IMG/VR virus record: IMGVR_UViG_2778261632_000004
Length of the DNA stretch: 12,437 bases
Direction: 5' to 3' (one strand)
From: a virus
Lineage: Duplodnaviria > Heunggongvirae > Uroviricota > Caudoviricetes
Shown here: positions 1 to 5,474 of the stretch, piece after piece
How positions within the stretch are numbered: the first letter of the stretch is position 1
Layout: every line of letters begins with the position of its first letter
Notes under the pieces: generated by a model
The model's database searches: none
Told to the model about the DNA's origin: nothing
Seen by the model: only the letters and a program-made list of their open reading frames with translations
Translations under genes and position numbers: made by a program

Positions 1-117
1 ATGGAAACAGAAAAAGGCAAACGCGGCCTTTTCTACATTTTCAGAGTAACTCCCGCCAGTTGCGAGCAAAAAAGCCGCTACGCTTTAGCTATACGTGCTA
101 ATTCAAGAGAAGAGACC

Positions 118-1050
118 ATGGACAACGACAAAATTGATCAACACAGCGACGAAATTGAAGTTGAGAGTGAAGAAAAAGAGCGTGGCAAAAAAATAGAAAT
201 AGATGAAGATCGACTCCCCTCCCGGGCGATGGCAATTCATGAGCATATCCGCCAGGATGGTGAAAAAGAGCTGGAACGCGACGCAATGGCACTACTGTGG
301 TCAGCCATTGCGGCGGGTCTGTCGATGGGCGCTTCATTACTGGCAAAAGGGATATTTCATGTCGAACTGGAAGGTGTGCCGGGCAGCTTCTTGCTGGAGA
401 ATCTCGGTTATACCTTTGGTTTTATTATCGTCATTATGGCCCGCCAGCAATTATTTACCGAAAACACCGTGACTGCGGTACTACCCGTCATGCAAAAACC
501 GACAATGAGCAACGTTGGCTTACTTATGCGGTTATGGGGCGTCGTGCTGCTGGGTAATATTCTCGGGACAGGTATTGCGGCGTGGGCATTTGAATATATG
601 CCTATCTTCAATGAAGAAACTCGCGATGCATTTGTCAAAATCGGCATGGATGTGATGAAGAACACCCCCAGCGAGATGTTTGCCAACGCGATCATTTCCG
701 GCTGGCTGATCGCCACTATGGTATGGATGTTTCCTGCAGCGGGTGCGGCAAAGATTGTGGTGATTATATTGATGACCTGGCTTATTGCCCTGGGTGACAC
801 CACTCACATCGTTGTCGGTTCTGTTGAAATCCTCTATCTGGTGTTTAACGGTACGCTGCACTGGAACGATTTCATCTGGCCCTTCGCACTACCTACTTTA
901 GCGGGGAACATCTGCGGCGGCACCTTTATCTTCGCGTTAATGAGTCATGCACAGATCCGTAACGACATGAGCAACAAGCGCAAAGCAGAAGCACGCCAAA
1001 AAGCAGAACGTGCGGAAAACATTAAGAAAAATGATAAAAACCCGGCATAA
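118..1050 (+). CDS. yfdC: Inner-membrane protein YfdC, formate/nitrite transporter (FNT) family; chromosomal flank
   Basis: Translation from the ATG at 118 (MDNDKIDQHSDEIEVESEEKERGKK...) matches my recollection of enterobacterial YfdC, about 310 aa with multiple hydrophobic helices. The supplied ORF reaches position 1 only because no in-frame stop precedes it. A purine-rich stretch lies just upstream of 118. Ordinary GC content. Confidence 0.85.
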   Translation: MDNDKIDQHSDEIEVESEEKERGKKIEIDEDRLPSRAMAIHEHIRQDGEKELERDAMALLWSAIAAGLSMGASLLAKGIFHVELEGVPGSFLLENLGYTFGFIIVIMARQQLFTENTVTAVLPVMQKPTMSNVGLLMRLWGVVLLGNILGTGIAAWAFEYMPIFNEETRDAFVKIGMDVMKNTPSEMFANAIISGWLIATMVWMFPAAGAAKIVVIILMTWLIALGDTTHIVVGSVEILYLVFNGTLHWNDFIWPFALPTLAGNICGGTFIFALMSHAQIRNDMSNKRKAEARQKAERAENIKKNDKNPA

Positions 1051-1085
1051 ATGGCGAGGGTTTAAGCAATCGCACGGCAGCGTAC

Positions 1086-1114
1086 TTACCCCGCAGTCCA
1101 TTAGCGGGTATACT
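1086..1114 (+). promoter_or_regulatory. Putative sigma70 promoter for argW (-10 TATACT at 1109..1114, weak -35 TTACCC at 1086..1091)
   Basis: TATACT hexamer ends 11 bp before the first tRNA nucleotide; the -35 is a poor match at 17-bp spacing. Sequence reading only. Confidence 0.35.
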
Positions 1115-1125
1115 CATGCCGCATT

Positions 1126-1200
1126 GTCCTCTTAGTTAAATGGATATAACGAGCCCCTCCTAAGGGCTAATTGCAGGTTCGATTCCTGCAGGGGACACTT
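1126..1200 (+). tRNA. argW: tRNA-Arg, anticodon CCU
   Basis: Cloverleaf folded by hand: acceptor stem GTCCTCT/AGGGGAC, D arm GTTA..TAAC, anticodon stem AGCCC/GGGCT with loop CTCCTAA (anticodon CCT), T arm GCAGG-TTCGATT-CCTGC, discriminator A at 1197. The 3' CCA is not fully encoded (genome reads A-C-T-T). Lies directly after yfdC, as at the known yfdC-argW locus. Confidence 0.85.
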
Positions 1201-1384
1201 TAAAGACCTTTCTCTACATTTCACTTCATTACATAACCACTTAAAAAAACAGCAAGTTATCACCGAATCGGCCTGATTTTCATTTCAGTTAATTTCATGA
1301 CATTACAACCTCGTGATGGTATAAGTGATGGTATTCCCCAGTTCGATATGCAGATACCATCAATTTACCAAAATGAGTACAGAT

Positions 1385-2659
1385 ATGGCCATTAATGTGC
1401 TTTCCCCCAAACAGATAGAAAACGCCAAGCCGAAGACCAATGATTACAAACTTACCGATGGAGGGAGTTTGTATCTACTGGTACGAAAGACTGGTGGAAA
1501 ATACTGGCGTATGAATTATCGTTTTGATGGAAAACAAGTGACATTGGCATTAGGGGTCTACCCAGATGTCTCACTTGCAACAGCGCGGAAACGGCGTGAT
1601 GAAGCCAGGCAACTACTAGCCGATGGTCGTGATCCTCGCGAAGCAAAGAAACCCAAAAAGGAAGACCCAATTTCCCCCACGTTCGAGAGTGTTGCCAGAG
1701 AGTGGCATAGTGGAACGATGGGGCATCCTGAGTGGAAAGAGATCACCCGTAAAAAAATTCTCCGAGAAATGGAAAACCACCTCTTTCCTGCCATCGGTTC
1801 AAAGCCTATCGATACGCTCAAAACCCGTGACTTGATGCCGATGCTGGTTGAGATGACTGAGAAAGGAATTGGTGCCACAACGAGCCGGGTAAAAACCACT
1901 ATGACGAGCATCTTCCGTTATGCCGTGCAACGTGGAATTGTCGATTACAACCCTGCCCACGATCTAAAAGGTGCAATTACGACCCCCAAAGTACGACATC
2001 GCCCCGCACTACCTCTCGAACGTTTACCTGAACTGTTAGCGAAAACGAGAAGTTACACGGGAAGACCATTGACTCGCCTAGCAGTTCTATTTTCCCTGCA
2101 CACTTTTGTGCGATCCAGCGAACTACGACATGCCAGATGGGAGGAGATCGACATTGAAAATGGGCTATGGACGATACCAGGACAACGTGAAGAGATCGCA
2201 GGGGTTAAATTCTCAGAGCGGGGTGCAAAGATGGGGGCTGCTCATTATGTCCCGCTATCTAGTCAGGCTATCGGGGTACTGGAGGATATAAGGAAAATCA
2301 GTGGTGAATATCTGCTGGTTTTCCCCGGTGACAGCAACCCATATAAACCGATGAGCGAAAACACAGTTAATAAAGCACTGCGAACGATGGGTTACGACAC
2401 TCAAAGTGATGTTTGCTTGCATGGGTTCAGGGCGATGGCCTGCTCTGCACTGACCGAATCAGGACTCTGGTCACGCGATGCAGTTGAACGGCAGATGAGT
2501 CACCAAGAAAGAAACGAAGTGCGGGCAGCATATGTGCATCTTGCGCAGCACATGCAGGAACGCCGCAGAATGATGCAATGGTGGTCTAATTATCTGGAAC
2601 TAAATAAGGACGAATTTCATGCTCCTTATGACTTATCAGGTATTAACATTATCAATTAA
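1385..2659 (+). CDS. int: Tyrosine-type site-specific integrase, P4 family
   Basis: N-terminus LSPKQIENAKPKTNDYKLTDGGSLYLLVRKTGGKYWRMNYRFDGKQVTLALGVYPDVSLATARKRRDEARQLLADGRDP follows the P4-integrase pattern (AKPK, DGGGLYL, KYWR, LALGVYP). The C-terminal catalytic region has the HGFRA box and a likely tyrosine nucleophile in VRAAYVH. Start is uncertain: in-frame alternatives at 1325 (GTG), 1328 and 1373; none has a strong SD. Confidence 0.9.
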   Translation: MAINVLSPKQIENAKPKTNDYKLTDGGSLYLLVRKTGGKYWRMNYRFDGKQVTLALGVYPDVSLATARKRRDEARQLLADGRDPREAKKPKKEDPISPTFESVAREWHSGTMGHPEWKEITRKKILREMENHLFPAIGSKPIDTLKTRDLMPMLVEMTEKGIGATTSRVKTTMTSIFRYAVQRGIVDYNPAHDLKGAITTPKVRHRPALPLERLPELLAKTRSYTGRPLTRLAVLFSLHTFVRSSELRHARWEEIDIENGLWTIPGQREEIAGVKFSERGAKMGAAHYVPLSSQAIGVLEDIRKISGEYLLVFPGDSNPYKPMSENTVNKALRTMGYDTQSDVCLHGFRAMACSALTESGLWSRDAVERQMSHQERNEVRAAYVHLAQHMQERRRMMQWWSNYLELNKDEFHAPYDLSGINIIN

Positions 2660-2689
2660 ATTTTCTTATAATTTAAAACAGAGGTCATA

Positions 2690-3571
2690 ATGCAGCATTC
2701 AAAAGAGAATGAAACTATATTCTTAGGAAATCTATGGATTGACAAAAAAATACCACCATTAGAATATTGTTCATTTGAACGCGCTTCAAGACTATTAGAA
2801 TGCGAGATTGATGATTTATTACACCTATACGAAATAGGCGCTTTTAATATCGCATTCAAGGCGGATGGACTTGCAGTTAGATTTAATGTTAATTTCCTCT
2901 ATAAAAATCAGAAAATGGAAATTGACTTAATTCATCCCGTATTAACTAATCAATCACTAGAGATGGAATTTTCAACAATATGGTATGACCTTAAAGATGA
3001 CTACTTTGAACATTTTGAAAATGGGCTTCAAATTATAGGATTTGCCTGTGGTATTTGGTACGCCGATGATATGATAAGTGACATAAAAAATGGATTAGCT
3101 ATAGATCCAGATTATGAATTCAGGCTTAAACCGGTAAAAATACGAGATAATGTTTTGATGGCAACGGCCTCATATGAAGGAAATAAGGTCATTGGTATTC
3201 CATTTGAAGATCTTCTTATCATGCGAAGAGATTTAGAGTTAATATGGAAATCAGTAAAAACTGGAATTCCTATGCCAAGTTTACTTACGAAAAGAATTTC
3301 ATCTGAACCTAAAATCCCCAAGCGATTAAATAACACTGCTGAGCATCATGCAAAAAATAGGGAGGGGTTATTAAATGCAGCCATATATATATTAGCAAAA
3401 TACCCAAGCGAATGTCGTGGTGAAAGAAAAGAGATAAGTCCTGAAAAGTGGACTAACGCCATAATTAAACATTTAGGAGAGCTACCTCCAATATTTATCA
3501 CTAATGAACAAGAAATCTTAAGAAAATTACGATTAGCGGTTAATCATGCGGGATTGAAACAAAAGGGGTAG
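2690..3571 (+). CDS. Hypothetical protein, 293 aa; AT-rich orphan cargo gene between int and alpA
   Basis: Clean ORF with GAGG SD 6-9 nt upstream of the ATG and only 30 nt after the int stop. Visibly lower GC than its neighbours. No motif I can recognise by eye. Confidence 0.7.
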   Translation: MQHSKENETIFLGNLWIDKKIPPLEYCSFERASRLLECEIDDLLHLYEIGAFNIAFKADGLAVRFNVNFLYKNQKMEIDLIHPVLTNQSLEMEFSTIWYDLKDDYFEHFENGLQIIGFACGIWYADDMISDIKNGLAIDPDYEFRLKPVKIRDNVLMATASYEGNKVIGIPFEDLLIMRRDLELIWKSVKTGIPMPSLLTKRISSEPKIPKRLNNTAEHHAKNREGLLNAAIYILAKYPSECRGERKEISPEKWTNAIIKHLGELPPIFITNEQEILRKLRLAVNHAGLKQKG

Positions 3572-3608
3572 ACTGAAACAATCTACAGGTAGAGTTGATT
3601 ACACTACC

Positions 3609-3637
3609 TTCACAGCATTTTGATATCCCCATAGTAT
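3609..3637 (+). promoter_or_regulatory. Putative sigma70 promoter for alpA (-35 TTCACA 3609..3614, 17-bp spacer, -10 TAGTAT 3632..3637)
   Basis: Hexamers and spacing read from the sequence; the predicted transcription start falls inside the adjacent palindrome. Confidence 0.35.
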
Positions 3638-3665
3638 CTGCCGTGTTCATTACATAACACGGCAG
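3638..3665. promoter_or_regulatory. Perfect 10-bp inverted repeat CTGCCGTGTT-N8-AACACGGCAG (operator or stem-loop) overlapping the alpA SD
   Basis: Exact reverse-complement arms at 3638..3647 and 3656..3665; the loop contains CATTACAT. Ends 8 nt before the alpA ATG, and the SD (AGGT, 3664..3667) overlaps the right arm. Confidence 0.45.
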
Positions 3666-3673
3666 GTAATTTC

Positions 3674-3889
3674 ATGACATTAAAAACTTATCCTATCACT
3701 GGACATGCCCGCCCACGAGCTACTGCTGACTTTTTGCAAATAAGTACGGTTACTCTCTGGCGCTGGGAAAAGAACAATCCTGAATTTCCCAAATCTATAC
3801 GCATTTCAAAACGGGTATCTGTTTACGATGCACAAGAAATTAGGCAGTGGGTTAAAGCTCAATCAGCAGGATTGGAGGAAGTAGTGTAA
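3674..3889 (+). CDS. alpA: AlpA/Vis-family helix-turn-helix regulator (phage excisionase/transcription factor type)
   Basis: 71 aa; FLQISTVTLWRWEKNNPEFPKSIRISKRVSVYDAQEIRQWV matches the AlpA/Vis signature (HTH followed by a hydrophobic-P-K-P-I-K-x-G-x-R-x-V-x-W recognition wing). Lies downstream of int, as in P4-like islands. Confidence 0.85.
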   Translation: MTLKTYPITGHARPRATADFLQISTVTLWRWEKNNPEFPKSIRISKRVSVYDAQEIRQWVKAQSAGLEEVV

Positions 3890-3908
3890 TGACAATATTA
3901 ACAAAGCT

Positions 3909-3928
3909 GGGGAGAAAAAAGCCTCCCC
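3909..3928. terminator. Putative bidirectional stem-loop terminator between alpA and the convergent minus-strand ORF
   Basis: GGGGAG-N8-CTCCCC hairpin (3909..3914 / 3923..3928), 20 nt after the alpA stop and 11 nt from the minus-strand ORF end. T-rich run on the minus-strand side (AGCTTTGTTAATATT); weaker U-tract on the + side. Confidence 0.45.
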
Positions 3929-3938
3929 AACGTATTAA

Positions 3939-4133
3939 TCAATTCTTTGGTTCTAAACCTCGGCTTTGTAACTCTTTGCGTAGAATGCGCTTGATCCAAG
4001 CCGCTAGCGATTCATCGCCATCCTGCTGTTGTGCTTGTTCCATCAGTTCACGCAGTTCAGGGTCAAGTCGGAACTGGAATGGCGGATTCCCACGTCTTTC
4101 ATTTTTGTGTGTTGACACGTCAATTACACCCAT
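3939..4133 (-). CDS. Small ribbon-helix-helix-like putative DNA-binding protein (64 aa)
   Basis: PPFQFRLDPELRELMEQ...ESLAAWIKRILRKEL fits an RHH (Arc/MetJ/CopG-like) beta-strand plus two helices pattern. Divergent from the kil-like operon. No obvious SD, so the call is tentative. Confidence 0.5.
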   Translation of the reverse strand: MGVIDVSTHKNERRGNPPFQFRLDPELRELMEQAQQQDGDESLAAWIKRILRKELQSRGLEPKN

Positions 4134-4166
4134 TGTAATGTATTTATGTGTAATGACACATTACAC
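4112..4166. promoter_or_regulatory. Divergent promoter/operator region: TTGACA -35 (4112..4117), candidate -10 TAATGT (4136..4141), and two TGTAATG/CATTACA palindromes
   Basis: Inverted repeat ATTACA-N5-TGTAAT (4123..4139) and perfect 8-bp-arm palindrome GTGTAATG-ACA-CATTACAC (4148..4166), all immediately upstream of the kil-like operon and overlapping the 5' end of the minus-strand RHH ORF. Confidence 0.45.
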
Positions 4167-4249
4167 ACAGAAAAACAAAATAGCAACGCCCCGGAGTGTT
4201 TGCAGCACCACCGAGGCGTCTGACCAGCACGTTATATGAGGTAACGAAG

Positions 4250-4426
4250 ATGGCTAAACAGAAGTGTACCTGGTTATTTGCGGCGATCAACCGCAGTCAA
4301 CGTAATGCCCGTCCGGTGATGTTAAGGATCACCGCAGATAACGAGCGATCAGCGCGGCGCAGACTTGCCCCGGACTATGTACTGAGCTTTGCCGGGCGCA
4401 TTCCCTGCGGAGGTGAACATGCGTAA
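4250..4426 (+). CDS. Small protein resembling Icd-like/Kil-type host cell-division inhibitors of P4-like elements (58 aa)
   Basis: Start chosen at the ATG at 4250, preceded by GAGGT SD. Sequence MAKQKCTWLFAAINRSQRNARPVMLRITADNERSARRRLAPDYVLSFAGRIP resembles, from memory, proteins annotated as Icd-like in P4-like islands. First gene of the operon ending in the primase, in the position of P4 kil. Confidence 0.55.
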   Translation: MAKQKCTWLFAAINRSQRNARPVMLRITADNERSARRRLAPDYVLSFAGRIPCGGEHA

Positions 4427-4778
4427 TTATCCGCATCCCGGCGAACGCTGGCAGCATGAACGTGGCTGGACGGTCACGATTATCCGATTAATAGAAGCCT
4501 CGCCCTCTGTGGCGCTGGTTAATCCTGAATTCAGCTGTGAAGTGCTGATACGTCATGACAGCGACAACCAGCTTTCTTCCTGCCCTCTGGCATGGTTTGA
4601 ACAGCGATATACGCGCCTGTTTGATGTACCGCTCTTTAAGCCTGCACCAGCTCCTGCAGGCGGTAGTGGTTCCGGCCCGCTGACACTGCATCCGTCTGTG
4701 CTATTTATCCGCTGGCGGGAGCGTAGCATATGGCGTTCTGCTGAGCCTGATGACGGTCACTATTCAAAGTTTCTCTGA
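4419..4778 (+). CDS. Hypothetical protein (119 aa), P4-like early operon
   Basis: Start at ATG 4419 with GGAGGTG SD; overlaps the previous gene by 8 nt (translational coupling). No recognisable motif. Confidence 0.6.
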   Translation: MRNYPHPGERWQHERGWTVTIIRLIEASPSVALVNPEFSCEVLIRHDSDNQLSSCPLAWFEQRYTRLFDVPLFKPAPAPAGGSGSGPLTLHPSVLFIRWRERSIWRSAEPDDGHYSKFL

Positions 4779-4809
4779 CAAAACACCGCTGAAAACGGAG
4801 TAATCCACA

Positions 4810-5094
4810 ATGAATATTTCAAACGGGCACAACGGTGCTCAGGGCCAGACTTTGCCTGAAAAACACAATACCGGTGCTTTTGCCTATGGGTTGTCAGAGG
4901 ACGGTTTCGGAAAGCTGACCCGCGCAAGAAATGCCTGCGACATGCTCCAGCTTCTCTTTTCTGAATACCCGTCTCAGGTCGGAGCACTGGACGCAGGCTG
5001 TGCGCCTGGTGTCGCCGCGCTGATGGAGTACCTGCGGGCAGATTTGACGGATATTGCACACAGCTGCGCACTGATTGAAGGAGGTGCCAGATGA
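4810..5094 (+). CDS. Hypothetical protein (94 aa); position and size compatible with a P4 epsilon-like protein, not demonstrated
   Basis: GGAG SD 9 nt upstream of the ATG; GC-rich codon usage like its neighbours. Confidence 0.6.
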   Translation: MNISNGHNGAQGQTLPEKHNTGAFAYGLSEDGFGKLTRARNACDMLQLLFSEYPSQVGALDAGCAPGVAALMEYLRADLTDIAHSCALIEGGAR

Positions 5095-5474
5095 ACCAGC
5101 CGCAGGTTTCCATTTTCCCGGCAGAAATGACCACCGCGCTTTACCGGCGGGCTATTGCTTCAGCATGGCGGCAGAAAATGCTGAACGAAACTGGCAATGA
5201 TCAGTATGGTCCGCACAGCCTGACGGTGGAGCGTATTGAAATGGCCATTGCGCTGCATATCGAGTGCGCACTGATTAACGAGTACGGCGAAGCACAGGGC
5301 GCCGCTGCCGCGCTGGCACTGCTAACTGACATGCTGGAGCCGTCACTGCTGACCGCGCCGCCGGTACTGACCGCGCGCGGTTGTGAAGTAATGGCGGAGA
5401 TGTACCGCACGCTTCCGGCGGCCTTTGATGTCTGCTGCAGTACCGGTGTGACGTTGTATCAGGGGGAAGTATGA
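5091..5474 (+). CDS. Hypothetical protein (127 aa) immediately upstream of the primase
   Basis: Strong SD GAAGGAGGTG; ATGA overlaps at both its start and its end, coupling it to the flanking genes. Confidence 0.65.
   Translation: MNQPQVSIFPAEMTTALYRRAIASAWRQKMLNETGNDQYGPHSLTVERIEMAIALHIECALINEYGEAQGAAAALALLTDMLEPSLLTAPPVLTARGCEVMAEMYRTLPAAFDVCCSTGVTLYQGEV

Noticed and set aside
1-117. N-terminal extension of the yfdC ORF back to position 1 (METEKGKRGLF...)
   Set aside because: No in-frame stop before the window start makes the ORF run on. The conserved YfdC begins at MDNDK (118), so the upstream part is most likely 5' UTR.
1090-1108. Weak hairpin (CCGC-N10-GCGG) after yfdC as a terminator
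   Set aside because: Four-bp stem with a long loop and no U-tract; it overlaps the putative argW promoter.
3889-4239. 116-aa plus-strand ORF after alpA
   Set aside because: Ser/Cys/Arg-rich translation that crosses the terminator hairpin, the RHH-like ORF on the other strand and the promoter/operator region. Not protein-like.
4412-4419. Single GGTGAACA (exact P4 type I iteron) at the start of the 119-aa gene
   Set aside because: A lone copy that coincides with the SD/start region (GGAGGTGAACATG); expected by chance and explained by the ribosome-binding site.
4167-4810. P4-style CI immunity RNA with seqA/seqC repeats in the early leader
   Set aside because: Only a loose, indel-containing similarity between 4213..4231 and 4730..4748 was found by eye; not convincing without a proper search.
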